Below are positions 37,134 through 45,319 of a stretch of 64,000 bases of DNA, in pieces (positions within the stretch are counted from its first letter, which is position 1; every line of letters begins with the position of its first letter). The DNA comes from Clostridia bacterium (GTDB lineage Bacteria > Bacillota > SHA-98 > UBA4971), in assembly GCA_050261175.1 (NCBI GenBank), contig JBLNDA010000100.1, positions 1,858 through 65,857 of the forward strand. Reading direction: 5' to 3'. The notes under the pieces were generated by a model. The model was given only the letters and a program-made list of their open reading frames with translations, had not been told where the DNA came from and did no database searches. The translations under genes and the position numbers were made by a program.

Positions 37134-39503
37134 GTGGTTATGTGGAAGGCCATGCTGGCTCCCATCGCTGCTATTGGACTTTTGACCATGATCGCTCCCA
37201 TGGTCTCGGGTGCCGCGGGTGACGGAAACGTCGCCGACCATACTTCCGCCGACGTAAGCACCGGTAACGGGGCTGTCAACAAAGGGATTGCCGCCAGCGT
37301 GGCCGCGGCTAATGGCGCCACCGCCGACGGGACCACGGTCAAGATCGGCCGTGGAAGCTACACGACGGCCCTGCCGACCGGGCAATACGGGCCGCCTGTC
37401 GAGGTCTTCAAGACCGAAAACCTGCAGGGGGCAGTCCCCACCAATAAATGGTGGAGCTCAGTGTTGTGGACGAAGTACTCGCACGCCATGTACCCTCATC
37501 CCTTGACAGCGAAGTGTACCCCGACGGGCCTGGAGTTGGGCTACCCGAATAAGACCATCGAGTATGAACTCGATGGCGACATCGATGTTCTCATGGAGCA
37601 TCGCGCGGATCTCGAGATCCAGGGCGAGGGTTTCGAGCCCGTAGATGCCAGGGCCGACAGGTACAGCGATTGGGCGGTGGACATAAAGATGGCCGACGGC
37701 GACAGGAGCATAGTGGTGACCTTGGCCCACGGCAGCCCGTTTGCCTTCTTCATCTTCAACGGGGTAAAGCCGGCCGTATCGTTCAGCTCCACGCCTGAAG
37801 TCTGGTACGGCGCTGCGGACAAGCAGTATTTGGGCGTCACGGTGAACGGGAACGCGTACGGCTTGTTTGCCCCCAAGGGTTCGACCTGGTCTGGCCTTGG
37901 TAGCCGTACCATCACGTGTGACCTGGGCGGCGGCGCCGACTACTTTTCAGTGGCGGTGCTCCCAGACAGCACGGAGGAAACCCTCACTTACTACGCCGAG
38001 CACGCATACGCGTTCTTGACGGACACCCGCGTGAGCTGGACATATGATCAGGTCAGGAGCGAAGTGACGACGACCTTCACGGTTTCGACTACGACGAAAG
38101 AGGGCGACAATACGCACACCCTCGTGGCCTTGTATCCTCATCAGTGGAGGAACAACGCCTCGCTACGCCTGCTGCCGATGACTTATCGGAGCATCCGGGG
38201 GACCATGAAGGTCATAGAGGGCAACAGCTTCACCACTCGCTATACCTTCAACGGGGTCCTCCCGTGGCTCCCCGATTGCGGGGACTACGACCACGAAAGG
38301 CTCGCCGGTTATGTCAGGGAGGTCGCCGACGAACGCGAGCATATCCGGCTCGGCCTGGGGAGCGCCAGGTACAACACATACGTAATCGGCAAGAACCTCG
38401 GCAGGCTGGCGAATATACTGCCCATCGCCGAGCAAATAGGCGATACCGCGGCGCGCAACTCGTTCCTCTCCACAATGACGCAGACGCTCGAGGACTGGTT
38501 CACAGCGAGCCCCGGCGAAACAGAGAACCTGTTCTACTATGACAAGAACTGGGGGACCCTCATCGGCTATAACGCAGGATACGGGTCGAACACTGACCTG
38601 AACGATCACCATTTCCACTACGGCTACTACGTGTTCGCGGCCGCGGCGGTGGCTTTACGGGACCGGCACTGGGCAGACGAAAGCCAGTGGGGTGGAATGG
38701 TAACCGAGCTAATCAGGGATATGGCAAACTGGGACCGGTCCGACCCGAAGTACCCCTTCCTGCGCGCCTTCGACCCGTACGCAGGGCATTCATGGGCGTC
38801 GGGATCAGCTCGTTACAGTTCGGGAAACAACCAGGAATCATCCTCCGAGGCCATCAACGCCTGGGTCTCGCTCATACTCTGGGGCGAAACGACCGGGAAC
38901 AGGGCCATCAGGGACCTGGGGGTTTACCTTTACGCAACGGAGACAACAGCGGTGAAGAACTACTGGTTCAACATCTACGGCGACAACTTCCCGCCTGAAT
39001 TCAAGAACGTGGACTGTTCCATCGTCTGGGGCGGCAAGATTGTCCATACGACCTGGTGGACAGATAACCCCGCGGAGGTCAATGGCATCAACTTCCTCCC
39101 CATCACCGGCGGGTCCCTTTACCTCGGCCATGATCCCGAATACGTCCTCAGGAACTATAACGAGATCCTCTCCCTCGGGCGGGTCAACACCTGGCATGAC
39201 ATCATCTACTCGTACCTGGCCTTGAGTGACCCGGAAACGGCGCTCAGCCTGTGGAAGGATACGTTGACGCCCGAGTTCAGTGAGACACTCGCGCATACCT
39301 ACCACTGGCTGTGCAATCTACGCGTGTTGGGTCGCGTTGACACCTCAATTACTGCGGACTCCCCGCTCCATGCGGTCTTCGACAATAACGGGAAGAAGAC
39401 ATACGTAGCATACAACCCGACTGATACGACGCAGGTAGTTACGTTTTCTGACGGGACGACCCTCACTATGGCCGGGCACTCGATGGCTACCAGAACGCAA
39501 TGA
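37134..39503 (+). CDS. secreted GH81 endo-beta-1,3-glucanase (laminarinase)
   Basis: 789 aa with a signal peptide (MLAPIAAIGLLTMIAPMVSGAAG). The GH81 signature blocks DLNDHHFHYGYYVFAAA and NNQESSSEAINAW, which carry the catalytic Asp/Glu region, are present. Confidence 0.8.
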   Translation: MVMWKAMLAPIAAIGLLTMIAPMVSGAAGDGNVADHTSADVSTGNGAVNKGIAASVAAANGATADGTTVKIGRGSYTTALPTGQYGPPVEVFKTENLQGAVPTNKWWSSVLWTKYSHAMYPHPLTAKCTPTGLELGYPNKTIEYELDGDIDVLMEHRADLEIQGEGFEPVDARADRYSDWAVDIKMADGDRSIVVTLAHGSPFAFFIFNGVKPAVSFSSTPEVWYGAADKQYLGVTVNGNAYGLFAPKGSTWSGLGSRTITCDLGGGADYFSVAVLPDSTEETLTYYAEHAYAFLTDTRVSWTYDQVRSEVTTTFTVSTTTKEGDNTHTLVALYPHQWRNNASLRLLPMTYRSIRGTMKVIEGNSFTTRYTFNGVLPWLPDCGDYDHERLAGYVREVADEREHIRLGLGSARYNTYVIGKNLGRLANILPIAEQIGDTAARNSFLSTMTQTLEDWFTASPGETENLFYYDKNWGTLIGYNAGYGSNTDLNDHHFHYGYYVFAAAAVALRDRHWADESQWGGMVTELIRDMANWDRSDPKYPFLRAFDPYAGHSWASGSARYSSGNNQESSSEAINAWVSLILWGETTGNRAIRDLGVYLYATETTAVKNYWFNIYGDNFPPEFKNVDCSIVWGGKIVHTTWWTDNPAEVNGINFLPITGGSLYLGHDPEYVLRNYNEILSLGRVNTWHDIIYSYLALSDPETALSLWKDTLTPEFSETLAHTYHWLCNLRVLGRVDTSITADSPLHAVFDNNGKKTYVAYNPTDTTQVVTFSDGTTLTMAGHSMATRTQ

Positions 39504-40033
39504 GGAGGACGAGACGATGGATGGATACAGGCAGCACGGGGTGCCATGTCAAGATGGTAATTGACGCAAGGCTTGTCGAAGAGCAGAGCTGCGTGGGCGA
39601 CGGCTATCGGCCCGTCTTCGACTGCGGCGGGTGGCGCGTCGCCACCCTCGGGTATTGCAGCGACTGTTCTCCCGAAAACGTCAAGTCGATGCAACGTCAC
39701 GACGAGACCGATGAGATGTTTGTGCTGCTCGCTGGCAGGTGCATCCTGTTCGCCGGTGAGGGAAGCCAGAGCGTGACCGCCATCCATGCCCGGGATATGG
39801 AGCCCTTGAGGGTGTATAACGTGAAGCGTTCCGTTTGGCACACCCATGTCCTGAGCAAGGACGCAGTGGTCCTGATCATCGAGGGCCGGGATACCGCGCC
39901 GCTGAACTCTCCCGAATGTCCATTAAGCGACGCGCAGATAACAGAACTCCGGCGCGCGGTTGCACAGCTCTGGAGATACCCTGCAGTATCGGAGGACCGG
40001 AACGGGGAAGCCGATGCGCGTCCAGGGCGTTAG
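39500..40033 (+). CDS. cupin-fold small protein, function unknown
   Basis: MQRHDETDEMFVLLAGRCILFAG...VYNVKRSVWHTHV resembles a cupin metal-site pattern. The likely start is ATG 39521, 12 nt after GAGGAGG. Last gene of the plus-strand block. Confidence 0.5.
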   Translation: MRRTRRWMDTGSTGCHVKMVIDARLVEEQSCVGDGYRPVFDCGGWRVATLGYCSDCSPENVKSMQRHDETDEMFVLLAGRCILFAGEGSQSVTAIHARDMEPLRVYNVKRSVWHTHVLSKDAVVLIIEGRDTAPLNSPECPLSDAQITELRRAVAQLWRYPAVSEDRNGEADARPGR

Positions 40034-40469
40034 GCGCCGAGCAAGGTCCCGGAGTGTAACTCATCTTCTACGGTTGGTTTCACGCAGGGCCCATCTGGTG
40101 GGCATTTCTGGGTACACGGAGAGCCCTTGGCACCATATTGAGGCGGCCGTACGGGCGCGGGCACTGCGACCCCCACACCCGATCTCGGAGTCTTGCCAGT
40201 CCGCGCCCATGGGAAGCAAGACCCGGGACACCCAGACACCGTGGCGCAGGCTCACGACGCGCCCTCGAACCGGCGCGTCTTGTCGAAGCTCACGGCGTAC
40301 ACAAACGCATGTTGGCCCTTCTCGCCGACTATCACGTCGACTTTGAGCTTGACCGCCTGTCCGAGAGCCCTGCTGCTGACACGACGCCCTCCCGCACAAG
40401 CAGCAGATTGGCTGTCAGAACAACTGTCGCCTTGCGCGCCGCGCTGACCACAAAAGTCTAGATAAACAA

Positions 40470-40545
40470 TGGCGCGCCTGGCAGGAATCGAACCTGCGGC
40501 CCACTGCTTAGAAGGCAGTTGCTCTATCCCCTGAGCTACAGGCGC
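40470..40545 (-). tRNA. tRNA-Arg (anticodon TCT)
   Basis: Folded by hand as a 76-nt cloverleaf. Acceptor GCGCCTG/CAGGCGC, D arm GCTC-AGGGGATA-GAGC, anticodon arm ACTGC-CTTCTAA-GCAGT, T arm GCAGG-TTCGATT-CCTGC, discriminator G, encoded CCA. Confidence 0.9.
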
Positions 40546-40586
40546 GCGACACTCTTATATGCGGTCAGTCATGTACCACTCTTATG

Positions 40587-41309
40587 TTACCATATCCCCC
40601 GTACGCTTGCAAGACCGGCCAACCCCCTGCGAAGCCGGGCCATCGCCGGCGCCCTGCCCTTGCCCCTTTCCGCGAGCCGCCTTTCCCATGACCCGAACAG
40701 CATGGTGAAGGCAGTCGTCATGATGAGATAGAACACCCCTGCGGCGAAGAAGATCTCCAGCGGCCGGAAAGTCGTGGCGATCATCTGCTGTGCCGCGCGC
40801 ATGAGATCCACCATGGCTATCGTGGACACGAGCGACGAGTCTTTCAGCCGCGCGATGACCTCGTTGCCCATGGGCGGGATGAGCCTCGGAACAGCTTGGG
40901 GCAGGATGACCCACCTCATCGCCTGAAGGTAGCTCATCCCGAGAGACCTCGCGGCCTCCATCTGGCCCCGATCTATGGACAGTATGCCCCCGCGCAGGAT
41001 CTCGGCGATGTACGCGGCCGCGTTCAGCGTCATCCCGACCGCCGCGGCGGGAAACGGGTCGAGCGTAACCCCCACTTGCGGCAGACCATAGTAGATGAGG
41101 AAGAGTTGCATGAGAAGCGGCGTCCCCCTCATCCACCACGTGTACAGCGATGCGGGTGCGCGCAGGAGAGGATGTCGCGACAGCCGGGCCAGGGCGATCG
41201 GAAGGCCGAGCGCCGTTCCGAGCACCACCGCAAAGCAGGTGAGCTCCATCGTCATCGCGGCCCCTCTCACCAGGATCGGCACAAGCTTCACCATGAGCAC
41301 GATATCCAT
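40587..41309 (-). CDS. polar amino-acid ABC transporter permease (HisM/GlnP type)
   Basis: 240 aa. The EAA region reads IDRGQMEAARSLGMSYLQAMRWVILPQAV. No ATPase gene follows it; the tRNA is 41 nt downstream. Confidence 0.85.
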   Translation of the reverse strand: MDIVLMVKLVPILVRGAAMTMELTCFAVVLGTALGLPIALARLSRHPLLRAPASLYTWWMRGTPLLMQLFLIYYGLPQVGVTLDPFPAAAVGMTLNAAAYIAEILRGGILSIDRGQMEAARSLGMSYLQAMRWVILPQAVPRLIPPMGNEVIARLKDSSLVSTIAMVDLMRAAQQMIATTFRPLEIFFAAGVFYLIMTTAFTMLFGSWERRLAERGKGRAPAMARLRRGLAGLASVRGIW

Positions 41310-41556
41310 GATACGCTCGCTCCTTACTCGCCCTACCGACTCGCTCTACCGCGGTCGCCGCGTTCCCTTTCTTGGATCCGGACGGCGACCCTTTCCACAC
41401 GTCGTGAGCGCCTCCGCGCCCTGAATGATAGGTCATGGCAAGTCATGGCGGTCGCCCGCTGACGAGCCCCCGCCCGCCGCGCCGCGGACCGCGCCCGCCC
41501 CCGCGGGTGCACCGCGACCGGAGGATACAAGGGGCGTCACGGGCGGCACGGCCGGC

Positions 41557-41592
41557 CGCCGGCGGGAAGCCGCCCCAATATGCCCGCCGGCG
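41557..41592 (-). other. perfect 10-bp GC hairpin in the 316-nt SBP-permease spacer
   Basis: CGCCGGCGGG (41557-41566) and CCCGCCGGCG (41583-41592) with a 16-nt loop, 34 nt after the SBP stop. No U-tract follows. Confidence 0.5.
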
Positions 41593-41625
41593 ACCGCCGT
41601 GAAGGTCTAGGCCTCACGGATGCCA

Positions 41626-42423
41626 TCAGCGCTTCGAGACGTCGACCCCGAACCACTTCTTTGAGATGGCCGCATATGTTCCGTCCGCCTTGATGGCTTC
41701 AAGGGCCGCACACACGGCCTCGCGAAGTGCCTTGTCCTCCTTGCGGAAGGCGATGCCCACCTCTTCCTCGGACAGCCGCTCCGGGAGCACGCGGTACATG
41801 CCCGGCCGCTTCGTTATGTAGTAGCGGCCCACGAACTCGTCCACTACCACCGCCTGGACCCTGCCGATGGCGAGATCCGTGAGCGCCTCCGTGAACTGCC
41901 CGTACAATTTGAGCTCCTTCACGCCGGCAATCTTCCTTGCGGCGATCTCGCCCGTGCTTCCGAGCTGGCTGCCCACGACCTTGCCGGCAAGATCGGGTAC
42001 GCTCTTTATAGAGTCATCCCTCTCCCTGATGACCACGATCTGCGCGCCCCAAATATAGGGCGGGCTGAAGTCCACCATCTTCGCGCGTTCCTCAGTGATG
42101 GTCATGGAAGAAAGGATGATGTCGAACTTGCCCGACTGCAGGGCCAGGATCACCCCATCCCAGGCCGTCGGGACCCATTCGATCGCAACCCCAAGGCGGC
42201 GCCCGATCTCATCGGCCAGGTCCACATCGAAGCCGATCAGCTTGCCCTTTTCATCGCGGTATTCCATGGGCGGAAACGCATCGTCGACCCCGATCCTGAG
42301 GACGCCCGCGGCCTTGATCTTGGCGAGCGAGTTATCACTTGCTGCGGCCGCGACTCCTCCGATCACAACCGTAGCGGTGATCAACGCCAGCAGCGCTATT
42401 CGTCCGAGCCTCTTCGCATTCAT
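41626..42423 (-). CDS. polar amino-acid ABC transporter substrate-binding protein (family 3)
   Basis: 265 aa. VLRIGVDDAFPPMEYRDEKGKLIGFDVDLADEI is typical of PBP type 2 family 3. The signal peptide has no cysteine. Confidence 0.85.
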   Translation of the reverse strand: MNAKRLGRIALLALITATVVIGGVAAAASDNSLAKIKAAGVLRIGVDDAFPPMEYRDEKGKLIGFDVDLADEIGRRLGVAIEWVPTAWDGVILALQSGKFDIILSSMTITEERAKMVDFSPPYIWGAQIVVIRERDDSIKSVPDLAGKVVGSQLGSTGEIAARKIAGVKELKLYGQFTEALTDLAIGRVQAVVVDEFVGRYYITKRPGMYRVLPERLSEEEVGIAFRKEDKALREAVCAALEAIKADGTYAAISKKWFGVDVSKR

Positions 42424-42509
42424 CGTGGTTGCCTCCTCTTTCCTCTTTGGTCTGGTTTCTGCGTGGCTTCTTCTGGGGTTTCCCTGCTCATCTCCTCAGG
42501 CTTCAGCGC

Positions 42510-42546
42510 AAAAAAACACCTCCCGTCCCGCAAGGGACGAGAGGTG
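42510..42546 (-). terminator. T-box terminator hairpin
   Basis: Minus strand reads CACCUCUCGUCCC-UUGC-GGGACGGGAGGUG followed by UUUUUUU. Its 5' arm overlaps the T-box antiterminator sequence. Confidence 0.85.
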
Positions 42547-42995
42547 ATCTCCCGTGGTCCCACCCTTATTGGTCACGGCACAATGCCGCAACCCGCTCAT
42601 TCTCCGGTACGGCCCGGTTACGGACAGGCCTCGCGACGCGCGTCCGCCGACTCTGAGTGAAGCGCCTCGTCAGGCGCCTCCATGCCGCGTTGTCCGCGTT
42701 GTCAGCGACCGCACAGCGACCTCGCGTGATCGCTGCGCGACCACGGCACGCGACGGCACGGCAACGATGCCGCAAGCCCCGGGCTTATACCTCCTCGCAC
42801 TAACGGGCGAGACCCGTCAGAGCCTACTCCCGCGCCGCCGCCCGGCAGCGGGCTCACCGCCCGCTTCCGCCGCCGCACCGGTTTCGGTCTGCGCTCAAGG
42901 GTGTGGTTCAACCGGCCCGCCATACCAGGATTCCACCGCCCCCGGCTCTCTCGGACGGCGTATCCGGCCTACTCTTCCCCGTCATCGCTTTCAAC
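42547..42995 (-). promoter_or_regulatory. T-box riboswitch leader (probable tRNA-His specificity)
   Basis: Minus strand Stem I begins GCGAUGACGGGGAAGAGUAGG (K-turn and S-turn). It has the AG bulge with distal loop AGAGAGCCGGGGGCGGUGGAAUCC, and the specifier-loop 3' side GAACCACA (42909-42902). The T-box motif AAUAAGGGUGGGACCACGGG lies at 42570-42551. F-box-like CCGUUA/CCGUAA elements occur at ~42804 and ~42618. Confidence 0.8.
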
Positions 42996-43079
42996 GAGCT
43001 TTCTCGCTATCGCCTGCACCATCCTGTGCTTCTAGCGCCTGCGCAGGCCATTTCCGCCAGGATGTGTGAATTTATTCAT

Positions 43080-43108
43080 AATGTAGCACGCACCGTACGC
43101 TCTGTCAA
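43080..43108 (-). promoter_or_regulatory. sigma-A-type promoter for the T-box / ABC transporter unit
   Basis: Minus strand reads TTGACA (43108-43103), a 17-nt spacer, then TACATT (43085-43080), ~80 nt upstream of Stem I. Confidence 0.5.
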
Positions 43109-43232
43109 GCGCAAATTCTTGAATGTGCCTCGCATCCCCGCTGCCTGCTACGAGCTGTGCCGTCTCACCGGTCCGCGCCCCCACGCCGCCGTGCCCGGCG
43201 CCGGGCGATCAGCCAGCCGTCATGCCTGGCTG

Positions 43233-45164
43233 TCATGCGGTCAAGACGACAGCCTGGTGCGGACCAAGATGCTCCAGCCTCACTCTGCTGTCCACGACTG
43301 GATACGTCTGCCCCGTCAGCGCATCCGAGAGCGTCCGGACATCGCGCACCCTCGTCGGGGCAACGCACACCGGGTCCACCCGTTCGTGCCAGCCCGGGCC
43401 AGCCTCCAGGTTCAGGTCGAGCGTGACCCGTCTTTCGCCCGCGCACACAGCGACCACCGCGACGTCGTCTCCGGATCTGCGCACGAAGGCGAAGGTCCTC
43501 GTGGGATCGTCCACGAGGAGCCACCTCATGTCGCCGCGCCGCAAGGCGGCGCTGGAGCGTCGAAGGTGAATGAGCCGGCGATAGATCCCGAGCAGTTCGC
43601 GGTCTTGGAGACGCTCGTCCCAGACCATGGTCCCGCGACACCCCGGGTCTTTCTCACCAGTCATCCCGACCTCGTCTCCGTAGTACACCATGGGCGCCCC
43701 GGGGAAAGTCATCTGGAACACGATCGCAGGGACCATGCGGCGCCTGTCCCCCTCAAACGCCGTGAGGACGCGCTCAGTGTCGTGGCTCCCGAGGAGGTTG
43801 AGCAAGGCCGCGCCTGCCTGGGCCGGGTAGCCGGCTTTGAGCTTCTCCAGGCTCGCGGCGAGCTCAGACGTTGACGTCTTCCGCCTTGCGAAGAAGTCGA
43901 GCACGGCGTCACGGAAGACGTAGTTCATTACGGCGTCGAACTCGTCCCCTTTGAGCCACGGCGAGCCGTCACGCCAGATCTCACCCACGATGTACGCGTC
44001 GGGATTGACGCTCTTCACGTGGTCGCGGAAGACCTTCCAGAACGAGTGGTCCACCTCGTTCGGGACGTCCAGGCGCCACCCGTCTATGCCGACCTCTCTC
44101 ATCCAGAAGGCGGCGACGTCGAGTATGTACCGGCGCACCTCGGGGTTGCCCATGTTGAGCTTGGGAAGGTCCGCAAATCCCCACCATGCCTCGTAGTTGG
44201 GCTTTGGATGGCGACGGATCGGGAAGTCGTGAACGTGGTACCAGTTGACATAAGGCGACGCGGGTCCATTCTCCACGATGTCTTGGAAGGCCCAGAACTC
44301 ATCGCCCGTATGGTTGAATACACCGTCGAGGATCACCCTGATCCCCGATGCGTGAAGCGAGGCCACAAGCTCTCGAAACTTGGCGAGATCTCCGAAAGCC
44401 TCGTCCACTCGCAGGTAGTCTGCGGTGTCGTACTTGTGGTTCGACACGGACTGGAAGATCGGGTTGAGCCACACGGCCGTGATCCCGAGGTCTCTGAGGT
44501 AAGGGATCTTGTCGATGATCCCCTGGAAATCGCCGCCGAAGAAATTGTCGCGGGCCGGGGCCTCTCCCCACGGCCGAGTGCCGACCGGATCGTTGGAGGG
44601 GTCTCCGTTCGCGAATCTGTCCGGGAAGATCTGATAGAACACAGCGTCGTGCACCCACTCAGGCGTTTTGAACACACAGAGGCGCGAGACATCCAGCGTG
44701 TACCAGCTCTCCGGGTCCGGCTCCCGCGTGAACTCGCCCGAGGGTGTATGCCATACCGTACGGACCGCACCGCGAGATGCGGCCGCCGCGCCGTCCAACT
44801 GCAGGAGGAACCTGTAGGCGAGCAAGCCGCCCGAGGCCGCGACCTCAGCCCGATACTGAGTGAAGCCTCCTTCGATCGCATAAGGCTCCATGGCGACGGC
44901 GGCGCATGCCCCCGAGCCGGGCCTCCCGCGGAGTTCGAGCAAGACGCCTGTCACATCGCTCGACTTCGCCCGAAACCTGATGGCGACGGTGTTCTCGTGC
45001 GGACGCTCCACATAGGGTGTCTCCTGCGCGTGCCATGCTCCTTTGAGCGCCAGTCCGGCTCCCTCATCCATTCCAGCCGGTCGTTGGGCGGGCTTCCGAA
45101 GGCGACCGCTCGACTCTCGCAACTCGACGCCCGGATCATTCTCATTCTCGCGAAATGCTTCCAT
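43233..45164 (-). CDS. GH13 neopullulanase / cyclomaltodextrinase-type alpha-amylase (cytoplasmic)
   Basis: Conserved regions DGVFNHTG, GWRLDVPNE, VGEIW and LLGSHDTERV, plus an LPKLN motif. Has an N-terminal E-set/CBM34-like domain. Start set at ATG 45162-45164, after AAGAGGAG; the 828-aa track ORF is over-extended. Confidence 0.85.
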   Translation of the reverse strand: MEAFRENENDPGVELRESSGRLRKPAQRPAGMDEGAGLALKGAWHAQETPYVERPHENTVAIRFRAKSSDVTGVLLELRGRPGSGACAAVAMEPYAIEGGFTQYRAEVAASGGLLAYRFLLQLDGAAAASRGAVRTVWHTPSGEFTREPDPESWYTLDVSRLCVFKTPEWVHDAVFYQIFPDRFANGDPSNDPVGTRPWGEAPARDNFFGGDFQGIIDKIPYLRDLGITAVWLNPIFQSVSNHKYDTADYLRVDEAFGDLAKFRELVASLHASGIRVILDGVFNHTGDEFWAFQDIVENGPASPYVNWYHVHDFPIRRHPKPNYEAWWGFADLPKLNMGNPEVRRYILDVAAFWMREVGIDGWRLDVPNEVDHSFWKVFRDHVKSVNPDAYIVGEIWRDGSPWLKGDEFDAVMNYVFRDAVLDFFARRKTSTSELAASLEKLKAGYPAQAGAALLNLLGSHDTERVLTAFEGDRRRMVPAIVFQMTFPGAPMVYYGDEVGMTGEKDPGCRGTMVWDERLQDRELLGIYRRLIHLRRSSAALRRGDMRWLLVDDPTRTFAFVRRSGDDVAVVAVCAGERRVTLDLNLEAGPGWHERVDPVCVAPTRVRDVRTLSDALTGQTYPVVDSRVRLEHLGPHQAVVLTA

Positions 45165-45319
45165 CGTCGACTCCTCTTGACCGATAGCGTGTCGCTCACC
45201 TGACATCACCGATGATATCGCAACGAACCCGCGCCGCGCAAGGCGGGGACCGGGCGGCCGCCAGCCCGGGCGGCCGCCGCCGGCCCCGGCTCCGCTCCAG
45301 TCCCAGGCCGCACGATTCG

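Noticed and set aside
40252-40380. Protein-like minus-strand reading frame ...ALGQAVKLKVDVIVGEKGQHAFVYAVSFDKTRRFEGAS* between the cupin gene and tRNA-Arg.
   Set aside because: It has no start codon or SD, the frame runs into the tRNA, and no family is recognised. It is possibly a gene remnant but is not supportable as a feature.
42600-42660. Alternative specifier AUG (Met) in GGAGAAUGAGCG of the promoter-distal module.
   Set aside because: That module lacks the AG bulge and distal loop of a Stem I. It fits better as Stem II plus the IIA/B pseudoknot (F-box CCGUAA). A Met tRNA (A73) would also mismatch the UGGG T-box base.
42700-42780. A second T-box antiterminator motif (GUGCCGUGGUCGCGC) that would make the leader a clean tandem T-box.
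   Set aside because: It lacks the ACC of GGUGGNACCGCG and has no following terminator with a U-tract. It is kept only as a possible degenerate remnant in the T-box finding.
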